This document shows positions 13,763-26,973 of a DNA stretch of 64,000 nucleotides, piece by piece; position 1 is the first letter of the stretch, and each line of letters begins with the position of its first letter. The position numbers were made by a program, and so were the translations under genes. Below the pieces are notes generated by a model. That model worked only from the letters and a program-made list of their open reading frames with translations, searched no databases and had not been told where the DNA came from. The DNA is from Lama guanicoe (Eukaryota), in NCBI GenBank assembly GCA_013239625.1, contig MU053482.1, forward strand, positions 4,601,775-4,665,774, read 5' to 3'.

Positions 13763-13890
13763 GGGGGAGGGCATAGCTCAAGTGGTAGAGCTCATGCTTA
13801 GCATGCACAAGGTCCTGGGTTCAATCCCTAGTATCTCCACTATAAAAAGAAAGAAACAAACCTAATTACCACCCCCACCAAAAAAAAAAA
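13763..13890 (+). mobile_element. tRNA-derived SINE (Vic-1-like) inside old L1
   Basis: gggggagggcatagctcaagtggtagag...ggtcctgggttcaatccc with intact Pol III A and B boxes and poly(A). Confidence 0.9.
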
Positions 13891-16233
13891 AATTCTATAC
13901 CATGACCAAGAAGAGTTCATTCCAGGTATTCAAGTATGGTCAATATTTTAAAAAAAATGAATATTAGAGAGAAAGAGGAAAAACAAAATTTTTAATCAAT
14001 GAATGAAACAGAAAGAAGACAAAAACAAAAAGATCAATGAGTGTAATCTACCATAGTAACAGAGAAAAGAAGAAAATTCATGTGATCACATCAGTTGACT
14101 CAGAAAAAGCACTTGACAAAGTTCAGTATCTGCTCATGATAAAAACTCTCTGAAAGTAAGAGGGTAATTTTCTCAACCTGGTAACATATTCAGAAACCTA
14201 CAGCTAACATCATACTTCATGGTAAAAGACTGAATGTTTTCCCCCTAGAACATCAGGGTTATCTAGGCAAGGATGTCTGCTCCCACTCTTATTCAGCGCA
14301 GTATTAGAAGTCGCAGCTAATACAATAAGGCAAGAAGGTGGGGGAAAGGCATACCAGTTAAAAGGAAGAAATAAAATTGTTCCCCAGCCAACCATTTTTA
14401 GATTATATGACTTTTTGTATGGAAAAAAACAAGACATTTACCTAAACAAAACAAAACAAAACAAAACAAAGCTTTAGAACTAATAAATAAGTTTAGATGG
14501 GTACAGGTTATAACATAAACAAATAAAAATCAAATGTATTTCAAAATACTAGCAAAAAACATATAGAAAGTGACATTTAAGGTACAGTACAGTTTATAGT
14601 TGCAGGAAAAAAACCCTTAGGTGTAAATCTAACTAAATATGGACTAGATCTATATGCTGGAAAGCATAAATTCTGAAAAAATATTTAAATAAATGGAGAG
14701 ACAACCTGCTCATGGACTGGAAGATTCACATTGTAAAGATGTGAGTTCTACCTCAAATTATCTGACAAGATTTTCAAAACTCATAAAAAATTGAATAGCT
14801 AAAATAATTTTGGAAAAAGAAGAATAAAGTAGAAGAAATGAGTTGATTTCAACACTTTTAGCGATGGTAGTCAAGGCTGTATGGTATTGGAGGAATAGAC
14901 AAATAGCTCAGTGGAACAGAATGGAAAATTCAGAAATAGATCTACACAAATATGCCCAGGTAACTTTTTAGAAAGGCACAGTGCAATTCAATGGAAGAAG
15001 GATAGTCTTTTCAACAAATGATGTTAAAATAATTGGACATCATATACACAAAAATGAACCTCTATTTAAACCTCATAGCTTGTACAAAAATTAACTCAAA
15101 ATGTATCTCAAAACGTTAAACATAAAATGTAAAGTTTTGAACTTTTAGAAAGAAAACATAGGAAGGAATCCTCTAGATCTAGGGTTGAACACTGAGTTCT
15201 TAGAGTTGATACCAAAAAGTACAATCTACAAAGGGACAAATTGATAAGTTGTGTCTCATCAAAATTTAAAAAACAGTTGCTCTTTGAAAGCCCATATGAA
15301 GAAGATAAAAAGAAAACTACAGACTGGGAAGCATACCTAGGAAACCACAAATATGACAAAGGACTACTATCTGGACTATGTAAAGATGTCTCAAAACATC
15401 TAAACAATCCATTTAGACAATTGACAAAAGACATACACAACATTTCATTGAAGATGACATGCAGATGTTAAATAAATACAGGAAAAGATGTTCAGCATCA
15501 CTAGGGAAATGCAAATTTCAAACCAATAATGAAGATAACACTCTACCAACAGAATAGCTAAAATAAAAAATAATGGCAGTGCAGAAAGCTGGCAACAATG
15601 TGAAGAAACTGGATCTCACATGTTTTAGTGGGAATGTGAAAAGTTAGAGGCAGTTTCTTGTAAAACAAAACAAAAAATTACCATTACCTCCAGCAGTTGT
15701 GCTCTTGGTTATTTATCCCAGAGAAATGAAAACTTACACCTGTATACAAATGTTCATGGTGTCTTTATTTTTAACATCTGCAAACTGGAATCAGCTTAGA
15801 TGTCCCTCAGCAAGTGAATGGTTTAACAAACTGTAGTACATACAAACCATAGAATGCAATAAAAAGGAACAAACTACTGATACACAAAGAAACCAGAATG
15901 AAATTGCAGGGAGTTGTGCTGAGTGACAAAAAACAATCTCAAAAGGTTACTTATGATTCCATTTATATAACATTTTTGATAACAACAAAATTTTAGAACT
16001 GGGGAACAGATTAATCATTGCCAGAGCTTATAGATTTGGTGAGGGTAGAGAAGGACGGATAAGTGGTTACTATAAAAGAACAACATGAGGGATCCTTGTG
16101 GTGTAGAAACTGTTCAGTCTGTTGACTGTGGTGGTGGATACATGAGCCTCTGCAGGTAATAACATTGTATAGAACTTAATACATGCATATGTACAGATAA
16201 ATGAGTACACTGAAACTGAGAAAATTGGAATGA

Positions 16234-16350
16234 TTTGAAATACAATTGATTTTTATTTGTTTATGTTATAACCTGTTACCATCTAAACCAACTATTAGTT
16301 CTAAAGCTTTGTTTTGTTTTGTTTTGTTTAGGTAAATGTCTTGGTTTTTT
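16234..16350 (-). repeat. Inverted copy of 14423-14545
   Basis: Aligns by eye to the reverse complement, including unique flanks and a (GTTTT)n tract one unit shorter. Confidence 0.92.
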
Positions 16351-17428
16351 ATCAATGTCAGTGTCCTTGTTGTCATATTATACCATAGTTTTGTAAAATG
16401 TTACCAACTGGCAAAGTACACAAGGGCTCTGTATTTCTTACAATTATATATGGATCTTTAGTTATTTCAAAAATAGCAATTAAAAGTACATGGTTTAGGT
16501 AAAAGTATCTAGAGTCCTTTTCCTAGTTAAAAACAAAACTTAAAGTATGTATTCTGGGAAAGACAACTGAATATATCTGTAAGGAAGACATGTTACTACA
16601 TATCAGTAGCACAGAATGGCTAATACATCAAATCCACTAGAAATAGTTATCTGTGATGGTTCTAATTTATCTTTTATGGTTTAGTCTGAAAAATAAAGTG
16701 TCATATTTTAGCATCCATTTCTTTATTCAAAATAAAACTGACATTGAATGATGAAGAAAATTTTTATATATAGGTTGAGTAAAAATAAAAAAAGAGAGAG
16801 AGCGAGATAGAATTTATAGACAATACCATTCCTTGTTTCTGTCTTTTGATTGGACTGTACCGAGATTTTCCGTAGGTTTTTATTCAGAGAACTAAGGATG
16901 TTAAGTCCTCTATGTTCTCTTTTGAACTCTGAAAATTACAGTCTCAAAAACTGTGCAAAATGACATTTTGTATAATAAATGAGGTACAAGCTCTAGAAAA
17001 TAAAACTATTATCTTCACTCTGGAATGATGAAAAACAATCACAATCAACCCAAAATTAGTTTGGAAATATGATAAAAGAATAATCTAACATATTCAAGAG
17101 GACAGCTCATGGTAAACAGTACAGTTTTTGTGTGTGTGTATTAATAATAGCACAATGTTTATAATATTTTGTTCCATTTATGTAATACATAACATTTTTT
17201 AATATGTAAAATATAGTTTGGCATGACTTTTAGTTATCTTGTACATCACATTAAGTGGAGATAAATGTATATAACCACATTAGCCCATCATTTACATAAT
17301 TTATTTGTTGAATGAATGGATGAATTGAAGCTAATTTTTGTAACTGACTAACTTTATTTATAGTTATTCTGGTAACTTTTTGAAAAATGAATAGAAAACT
17401 AAAGAAAATTATTTGTATAGCTTTAACT

Positions 17429-20321
17429 GACTTCTGAGTCTAAAGGGTAATGATGACTACCTGAATCTGTGTATCTCCACATATTCTCCCAGAACCATAG
17501 ACTAAAAGGAACAGAAATTAAACGCAGCTAACCCATAGCTTCTGCATTGCTGAGAGACAGAATACCATGAACTTTGAATTACCCAGAAGTAGCAAAATAA
17601 TCAAGTTCCAACAGAGCTTCCACTGCTACTCCAAGTCTGTATATGTGAAGAGTATGGAGTGGGACACTTTAGAGACTATGAAATAGAGGAGAGGGGATTG
17701 AAAGACTTAAACAAAATGAAGACAAAATCATCTTCAAAAAGAGAATGTGCCAAAACAGTGAACACAGACTGGGACTTGGCAGTTCATAGCAACAGCTACA
17801 GGGAAGGAAGGAGTTTTAGAGTGAGCAGAATTAGAAGTGGCAACGTTGGAGGACTTTTGCTTCTGGAAAAGGAGATAAAGAAAGATGATGTCTCCGAGTC
17901 AGAGCAGTGAGGAGAAAATGAGAAGAGAAAAGTAAAGCGTCCTGCAAAATGAAGGAAGTCACCAAAGTCTTTTTTTCCCATTAGCCATTCAAGAAACTAC
18001 ACGTCACTAAGTTGACAGAAAATACTCATGAACTAAAGAATGCTATCCACTAGGGGGAAAAGTCAAACTTCCAGGGCACTACTATTGGAAGAAAACAAGA
18101 AAATATGTATTAAATCATTTCAGCTGGTGAAAATCTATATACATACAACCACAAAAAAGAAAACCTCAGAAAAATAACCACAAAGTAGGATACTGTAACA
18201 CAATACTCTAGACTAAATTAAGTGTTCTCAAAAAACAAAACAAAACTTGGTATCCATAAATTTAGGGAGAGAAATGGATTTTTTTTAAAATAAGAAAATG
18301 CAATGCAAGCTGATCAAACTTGGGACAGAAATTGAAGAAAAGGGCAAACTTCGTTAGAAATGAATAGTAAATTATAAAATGCTCACGAGAAAATAGAATG
18401 AAATGAAAATCTAAGGGAGAACATAGAGTGAAAATGAGATAAAGAAGTAAAAATTAGAATCTCAGAGAAAGTGATTGAAAGGGAAGACTAGCAAAGGAAG
18501 TCCAGCAAAATTGGAGTCTGTGAGGAATGAAAACACAGTAGAACAAAACTTGTAAACTATAATCCAGGAAAACTTTCTGGAGGTAGGGGAAATTTAAATC
18601 TGTCTTTTGAAGGACTCAACAGTGTACCTGGAAATCTGGACCTGGAATGATCAACTCTGAGACATATTTTTGTAAGCTGTTAAACTTGAAGGATAAATTG
18701 GGCTGACATCATACCTTTTTTTTTTTTGAAGAGCAGCATGCGAATCATGGCAAGAGAAAAGCAATTTAAAGAAACTTAAGAAAACAAAGTACAGGCCAAG
18801 GATTTGATATCCAGCCAAATTTTTTTTAATTACTATGGCAATAGAAAGTCAGTTTTTAAATATTAAAGAATTCATTGAGTATTGTATCCATAAGCCCTTA
18901 AGTTTATTAGAAGATGAGCTCCATTCAACCAAGAGATCACTGGGAAAGCTTCCGCAAAAGGACTGTGAGCCATTCAATATATTTAACTGTAAAATTAAGG
19001 ACTATGTAAAACAACAAGGATGGGGACATGGGTAGAAGTATGAAATGTTGTATGTTAGACAGAGTACAAAAAATACCACTCTTAAAAAAGGAGAAGAGGG
19101 TGAGAAGGGAAAGTAGAATGAGATTATAGACTGTTAAATAGGTGAGAGACCAAGGATATTTAAAATCCAGATGCTAAAAGCTTGAATAAGGAAAGCAGGG
19201 GGATGGGTAAAGGGCACTTACAAAATACATATAAATGCACTAGAACAAGATTACTAGCCTTCCTAAATACCAAAAGAAAATGTGAAAAATAAGCAAAGAA
19301 AACACCCCATGTAGAAAAAAGAATGGTAAATATTACTTAATAGAGTGATTAAAATATACAGTAGTATCTGAGATGAAATAAAACCAGTCATATTAAATAT
19401 AGATGGGCTTAAATTGCCTATTAAAAGTAAAAGATTTTCAAGTTGGCTCATAAACATATTAAAATTTGGTTTAAGCAAGAATCCAATAGTGGATGCTAAA
19501 CTAGAAAGTTTGTTAACGCTCAGTACTTTTTTTTTTTTTTTACTTGACGACTCACGACAATCAACACCTAATATGCACGCTCAGTACTTTTTATAGTCTC
19601 CAAGTGTCTCCTTACAAATTGCTTACTGGCTCTAAGAGGAAGAAATAACCATATAGTAGAAAACCTGGACAACACCTTGACCAGGTGATTGAAGTTAGTA
19701 TCGCCAGTAAAGATGTTAGGGATACCATGCCCTTTGACTGTGATGCCCTTAGAACAACACATCATTACTTAGGTAGTAGTCTAGTAAGGAATGTATGTAA
19801 CCGTGAGGAACATCAGACAAACCCAAACTACAGAGCATTTTGTAAAATAACCAGCCTCTTCAAAAATGATAAATGTCATGAAAGAAAGGCTTTGAAACTA
19901 TTCCCAATAAAATGAATCTGAAGAGACAGCCAGCCAGATGTAATCTGTAATCCTGTGTTCGATTCTGTACTGGATGGGGAGAAACTATAACTATAAAGAA
20001 AATTATTAGGGTAATTGACAGAACTGGAATATGGACTGACAGAAGTCTTTACCAATATTAAATTTTCCATAGCTTAATAATTCTTATGTTTATGTAAGAA
20101 TGTTCCTTTTCTTAAAAAGTCACATTAAAGTATTAAGAGGAAGAAAAAGCATCTGTGAACCTATTCTCAAATAGTTCAGAAAAACACGTAATGTGCATGT
20201 GGGTGGGAAAATAAATAAAGGTAGCAAAATGTTAAAAGTTGGTGAGTCTGAGTAAAGAGTTTAAGAAAATTTTCTGTTCTTTAAACTGTTTTCCAAGTTT
20301 TAAATTAAAAAAAAAAAAAAA
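17429..20321 (+). mobile_element. Old L1 fragments (5'/ORF1-like part plus L1MC4/L1ME-like 3' end ending in poly(A))
   Basis: A-rich degenerate L1 text; 3' end-like segment 19600-20320 ending in an A run. Confidence 0.55.
19516..19592 (-). mobile_element. Orphan 35-nt retro-insert with poly(A) and 16-bp TSD
   Basis: acgctcagtacttttt at 19516-19531 and 19577-19592 flanks a T run and a unique 35-mer. Confidence 0.85.
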
Positions 20322-21830
20322 GCTCTGGCCGTAACTATAAGCTGGAGATCAAGACATACATATAGCTTAGTTTAGTAAAGTAGAATTTGAGTTACTTAAT
20401 TTTCTCACTGTCTCCCCTTACCTTCCCTCCACCCCCCCTTTTTTAAGATACTGGGTGTTTTACCAGTTCAATTTCCATTTGGAAAGCTTGACTGATTTGG
20501 TATCAGTCTATGTTAAACTATAGATGCGATTTCTCTTAAAGCTTTTTTTCTCGTGTCTTTACAGGATTTGCCTTTTTCATGCTTAAAATATGCTTTAAAG
20601 GGGAAAAAATTTGTTCTTTCCTATGATTTCCTGTAAAGTGCTCGGTTATGTGGGGGAAACAAAACAGATATTTGACCCCCACCCCCATTGGTGCTTCCTT
20701 GTGTTCTGAGGACAAATCAGGAGATGGATGAAGTTAGAAGCATTTTGTATATTTTTTCATATTTTTTTATCTTATTCTAAAATGAGCTATACCAAGCAAT
20801 ATGTGGTTAGTAGTTTTTATATACCTTGCTAGCTATTTTACAACTAAGTCTATTTTGCCAGATCAAGCTCCTTTATCTTTTGAGGAGCAATTTTTTCTAT
20901 TTTTAAAAAAATTTTTGAGGATATTTTGTTTGTCTTAATGATTCGATTTTTTATATGTAATAAATATTGTTAGTAGTTCTGCTTAGACTGTGTGTAAAGA
21001 GAAGTGATGACATCAAATGAAATTTAAGATTGTGCAGTCCAGTCTCATACGTCGTGTTAAGTATTTTTTAATTGCAAAAAAATCTGTGGTGAAAAATTAA
21101 AATAAAAATTAATTTTATGCCCACCAATTCTTTAACAATATTCATACTAGTTTCTTGCTTCTGTCTTGAAAGACTGTGTGGAGAAAATAGAACTACATGG
21201 TTCCATGAGGTGAACAGTCCAGGAGCTCTCAATACATTTTCAAATGGAACAGTATCTGACAGGCAGAGAAGTTTACACAGTGGTTTTCAATCTTTAAAAT
21301 TAGTACAATGGTGGATTACTGACTGACCCTAAATGTAGTGATTAAGGATGATTATTAGATTTTTTATATGTACAGGTAGTATGAATTCTTCAGAGTACTG
21401 TGTTACTGTACGGTTTAAAATTGTCTCCTTTTACAAGAAGGGTACCTTGATACATGCAACTGCTTTTCTAAGACGTGAGGAATTACTTTTTTAATCTAAA
21501 GACTAAGGATTTCTGTTAGATTATTTAGCCAAAAACTACAGGATAAATAAAGTCTGTGATAATAAGGTAGAAATGACTAAGTGTCTTATGCAATACTAGG
21601 AAAAGCAGAGCTCATACAGAATGGAATAAAGTAATTTTTTGCTCAGATTTTATATTGATAACATTATTTTGCTATCGATTCTTTTTTTTCCAATTTTGCA
21701 TTTTGAGTCCCCAATTTTCTATCCATTCTACTTAAAAGTATTTTGGTAACTGCAATGTTTCTATATTCAGGGTTTTGTCATTAACATGCTACTTTTAAAT
21801 AATTATAGAATAATTTTTTTTTCTGACTAG

Positions 21831-21926
21831 GAAGAAGCATTGCATGCATTTATTCAGCCAGAGATCCTGGATGGCCCAAATCAGTATTTTTGTGAACGTT
21901 GTAAGAAGAAATGTGATGCACGAAAG
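21831..21926 (+). CDS. USP47: USP47 coding exon (second CxxC)
   Basis: gactag|[38 protein letters not shown]; donor gtagat; 96 nt. Confidence 0.96.
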
Positions 21927-22008
21927 GTAGATGCCATGTAAAAATTAATACTTAATTATCAGAGATAATATTCAATATTTAATAGGTTCCCCCCCTCATT
22001 TTTCTTAG

Positions 22009-22161
22009 GGTCTTCGGTTTTTGCATTTCCCTTATCTGCTGACCTTACAATTGAAAAGGTTTGATTTTGATTATACAACCATGCACAGGATTAAACTGAA
22101 TGACCGGATGACATTTCCTGAGGAGCTAGATATGAGTACATTTATTGATGTTGAAGATGAG
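22009..22161 (+). CDS. USP47: USP47 coding exon (LQLKRF motif)
   Basis: tcttag|[57 protein letters not shown]; preceded by an 82-nt intron; donor gtaaat. Confidence 0.96.
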
Positions 22162-24250
22162 GTAAATATTTGTAAATTACACTTCAAATATTTTTCTTTG
22201 ATCAGAGTAACTTAAAATATTCTTTGAAAGACAAAAAGGATCTCAAACTCTGGAATTATTTCTTTAATTTGTGGGATAATGTTATGTTTTATAACTTTCT
22301 TAGTTACTGAAACATACCAATCTAAAGATACGCACTTGTGTTTCCGATACATAATAAACACAGAACAAATACACTGAATGAGCGAACAAGCTGGTAGGAT
22401 AGCCTTAATTTTTTGTGTTTGTCTTAGTGTCGTTTTCAAGCATTAAAGTTTCTGGGTTATTCTCACTTAAGCTTTACCAGCTCTTAAACTAGCTAGATTG
22501 GAAAACTAGATAATAAAGGTATTTTTCTGTGTTTCTTTTATAATTAGTTTTTTAAATTAAAACTTTTTCCATAAAAACTTTTAAAGTATTTAAATATAGT
22601 TTGAGAATGGGACTTTGAAGGACACAGATAATGCTCATTAATTTCTTCCACTCATTGACCTTCCCAAATACTCTGGTTCCTCTATCCTTATCCAGTAAAG
22701 GATTCATGGTGCCCCACTCTATTCTTTTGGAAACTCTTCTGACTTAATTATTGGAAGTATTTACAGTCACTTAACATAGTTGTTACAGAGTGATATATCT
22801 TTCTTATTCTCAAAACTGCCTTGAAGCATTTTTTCTGATTGGAGTTCATCACTATAGTTAAAAATGCCTTTTCCTAGAAGCTCAAAAATAATTTTAAACA
22901 TTCTCAAGTTTTATTTATCCTCTTAAGTACTAAGATGCAAATGTTTTCTGAACCTCACTTTCCTTGTCTGTAAAGTAAGGATGGTAATTACTTTTCATAG
23001 CTTTTGTAAGTGAGTACCGTAGATAAAGTAGATGTTTATTGAATGGTACCTGTGACCAGGTAACATTTTGAAAGACTTAATCTGAAATATCTCAAACACT
23101 AGGAAATCTACCCCAGGTATATCACACTTTCAAAGGAGATTCCTACTCAGAGATCAGTGTCAAATTGGCCTTCTGTATATCTCTAATGTATTTCTTACAA
23201 AGAAAAGGATTTCCCAAGGAAAGAAAACAGATATAAAGTTGGAAAGGAACTTTTAGAAAGCTCTAGGTCCATTTTTTTGGGAGAAGAGAAGAGAAAATGT
23301 TCTCGCTTAGTCAAAAGGAATTACAGGAATGATCTCTTTGGACTTCGTGTACTGTTCTCAAGTTGGTTTCCAGCTGCATTTTTCCTTGATTCAAACCTTC
23401 TTGAGGGATGAAGACTGTATATTTAGATACAGTCCTTACAACAAAGTTCTTGGCAAAAAATTGGTACTTATTACATACTGCTTGGTTAATTCAGGAACTT
23501 CTATGTGATGCCTTAAACATATCAAGTGCCTACATCTTAGAGAAGAATTTTCAAACTATTTAAATAAAAAAACTTTAGGTACATATTTAAAACATTTTTT
23601 AAAAAAGGGGAAAGAGTGAGGATTTCTAGGAAGTAGAATTCTTCAAATTCAATTCGCATGAAAGAGATTTAAAAATTATAAAAGCATAGGAAAGTATGAT
23701 TCACTGTTGTTACATTTTCGTCTGCTATAACTGGAATATAAAATTCTTGAGGATAGATACAGTGTCTTGTTTTTCTTTCCAATGGTCTATAAAACCTAGC
23801 ATAGTGATTAACTGAATTGAACTTTTTGTTCAGGAAAGAGATGATGTTTTTAATCAGAAAAAAGAAAAGATGATATTCTTTTGGAATTTGAGAACACAGA
23901 AGCTCATTTTGGAGCTTAAGTTCTCTGCTTTTATGAATTTTGATGAAAGAAATGGTAATTTTATATTATGACTTTGCAACTGTAAACGTTAATAGAGTTT
24001 AATAGAATTCTGAGTAACTAATTTGTTATGCTAGAACTTTAAGGATATTAGTAGATACGCTTTTAAAATACACTTTTTTGTTTAATTTTATTTAAGATCT
24101 CACTTTTTAAGAGAAAATAAATTTGCTTAAAGTAAGCATTTTAATTAACAATAGCATCTTAAATTATGTGAAAAAGCAGCATATAGATTAAAAGTTTTAT
24201 ATTTTCCCTTTAATTAGCTTATAATTCTAAGATAATTCTGTTTTATTAAG

Positions 24251-24418
24251 AAATCTCCTCAGACTGAAAGTTGCACTGACAGTGGAGCAGAAAATGAAGG
24301 CAGTTGTCACAGTGATCAGATGAGCAATGACTTCTCCAATGATGATGGTGTTGATGAAGGGATCTGCCTTGAAAGCAATAGTGGAACTGAAAAGATTTCA
24401 AAACCTGGACTTGAAAAG
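24251..24418 (+). CDS. USP47: USP47 coding exon (acidic insertion in the catalytic domain)
   Basis: attaag|[62 protein letters not shown]; donor gtactc; 168 nt. Confidence 0.93.
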
Positions 24419-25419
24419 GTACTCTTTATAGTTTGTGGTTTTCAGTTGAAAGAGAATAAATAAAGTAATCTCTGAGCTGATATATAATTCTATAGCTATT
24501 GTAACCAATAGTTAAAGACATTTAACTGCTGTTATTCTTAGACATATATGTGGTCATAATTAAACTTTAGGTAAAAACACTTAGAGCTGAGAGCATTAAT
24601 TTCTGAGAGGCTGATCTGTAAACTATGAAGCAAACTAGGTGGTGGTATGGAAAGGGTGCCTAGTAGTCAGGAAGTCATTTCTGCCTTTAAAGTTGCAGCA
24701 GGCCTCTAAATCTTATATCAGGGTTTTCTCATATAGTAAAATGAAAGCATTAAACTAGATCTGTTAATTTTAAAAATTCTAGCTATGGTACCCTTTATGA
24801 AACAGTTAATAATAGAGCTCATCTAAATTTAGCTAGGGGTCCCCTCAGTGTCCATCCCCTTCCCCATGACAGCCCCCTTATAAGAGACTTCAAAAAACGA
24901 TATAGTTCCATGGATTATAATTTGAAAACTACAAGAGTGGATAATATCTATGATAGAATATTTTTTGTTGCTATGTCAGTGATTTTAAAGATCTTATCAA
25001 ACCATTTCTTTCACATTTGTATAATTTGCTTTACTGAGGGGAGAATTACAGATCAAATGTCTTGAGCATGTCTTCGTGTGGATAAATCACCAGCATGAAG
25101 ACTGATCTCTAGCTCAAGTCTTACACAGTCATATTAAATATAGATTTTTTTAGGCAATATTCAAGAATGGAGTTTCACTTGCATAAATCTGTTTTTTAGA
25201 CCAAGACCATTATTCTTACCACCATCTCTAGTACCCTTTACCTTTTAAAATTATCTGGTTTTTTTCAGGGCAGATAGATGAATATGAATTGCTAGGTAGT
25301 GAATAGTGTAGTGGATACCTTATAACTTAGTATAAGGAACATTGCTTTCAAGCAAAGATTGGCAAACTGTGGCTCAGAAACCAAATCCAACCCTCTGCCT
25401 ATTTTTCTACAGAGACAAT

Positions 25420-25757
25420 TGTCTGTCTTTTTTTTTTTTTCTTATTCCACTGGATAGGACTTCCCATACAATGTTGAATAAGGAGTAGTGAGAGGGGACA
25501 TTCTTGCCTTATTTGCAATCTTAGGAGGAAAGTGTACAGTCTCTCATGATTAAGTATGATGTTGGCTCTAGGTTTTTTTATAGATGTTCTATATCAAGTT
25601 TAGAAGGTTCCTCTCTTCCTAGTTTGTTAATCTTTATCATGAATGAGGTTGGATTTTGTCAGATGTATTTTCTGGTTCAATTGATCATGTAATTTTTCTG
25701 CTTTAGCCTGGGTTACATATGTTGATTTTCTGATGTTGAACCAGCTCTGCATACCTG
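25420..25757 (-). mobile_element. Old L1 ORF2 fragment
   Basis: caatgttgaataaggagtagtgagaggggacattcttgcctt...taagtatgatgttggc is antisense L1 RT-region text. Confidence 0.7.
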
Positions 25758-26243
25758 AGAGATACCAAATCGATAGATCACTAAATCATAGATACTATAT
25801 AAATATATTAGAAGATATTTGAATCATTATATACCTCAGCTCATTTATAAAGAAAATAGAGTCTTATTTGAACTTTTTAAAATGTTATTTGGGATTGATT
25901 GGTTTTGATGTGCATATCAGAACAGTCTCATGTTTAGCACCTGCTTCTAAAATTTCAGTCTATTATTTTTTATATAAATATATAAATTTATATTTCAGAT
26001 ATGCATAGTTCTAGAGGTTAAAGCCTAATTAAAATGGGAAGGAATACACTGAATGAAACTTGTGGTATATAAAATTATGTGGTGAATTACTATTTTAATC
26101 ATCTTAGAGAAAGTTGACCTACAGTAAATACATAGGACAATTAACATGTTCCTTCACTAAGTTTTAGTAGAGAATATGAAATATACAAATAAGGGCTTTG
26201 TGCTTTTTCCTCTGCTCTGAGTTACTTTAATTTTTTTCCTTAG

Positions 26244-26375
26244 AGTTCCTTGATCTATGAGCTCTTCTCCGTTATGGTTCATTCAGGGAGTGCTGCTGGT
26301 GGTCATTATTATGCTTGTATAAAGTCATTCAGTGATGAGCAGTGGTACAGCTTCAATGATCAACATGTCAGCAGG
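26244..26375 (+). CDS. USP47: USP47 coding exon (His box)
   Basis: ccttag|[50 protein letters not shown] contains the USP GHY and FND motifs; donor gtaagg. Confidence 0.97.
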
Positions 26376-26812
26376 GTAAGGAGGGTTTTTTTTTTAAGAT
26401 TATTATTCTGAAAAACAAGAGTATGTTTCTTATCAACAGCAGGGTTTATTAAAAATGGGAGACTCAGTCTGTCCAGTGAAGCATTTTAAGACACATGCCA
26501 CGTCTTTTGTTTTTGCTGTCAGTAAATTTCTTTTGTTTATTGTTGTTATTTCTTTGTTTTGTTTTGTTTTGGGCTTGCTGAATGTTTGTAGAGGTAGACC
26601 CCCGGTTTTCTTCTTGCCCTGGTGGGCTTCCTATTAAAGAGCACTCACTGGAGCAGATCAGCCGTTAGCAGCACTGATTATGGTCTCATTTGTGAGTTGA
26701 TATCTGTGTGGTCCATTTCACTCTGAGGTTGAAACTTGGGTTACATATTGACATAAAGGTAATGGTATTATAGACCTTACCCAAAAAAGTAAGTAATGTA
26801 ACAACTTTTTAG

Positions 26813-26889
26813 ATAACACAAGAGGACATTAAGAAAACACACGGTGGATCTTCAGGAAGCAGAGGATATTACTCCAGTGCTTTTGCGAG
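26813..26889 (+). CDS. USP47: USP47 coding exon
   Basis: ttttag|ATA ACA; ITQEDIKKTHGGSSGSRGYYSSAFA; donor gtaaat; 77 nt. Confidence 0.95.
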
Positions 26890-26973
26890 GTAAATAACTT
26901 CCTAATTTTTAGTGTTTATAAATTAGAATTAATTACAGCTTTTTAACATTTTTTGCCATTAAAAAGATTTCAG

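Larger units (their letters stand above)
9577..16485 (+). mobile_element. Ancient near-full-length L1 (L1MC/L1MD-like), degenerate, interrupted by three SINEs
   Basis: 5' region with internal repeats, ORF1-like remnants (~10700-11500), ORF2-like remnants (ataatagttggagatttc-type endonuclease text near 12550, caaggatgtctgctcccact RT text near 14270), L1MC-type 3' end; no long ORF. Confidence 0.8.

Noticed and set aside
13763..13835. tRNA-like gene
   Set aside because: SINE head with tail and poly(A), present six times in the window.
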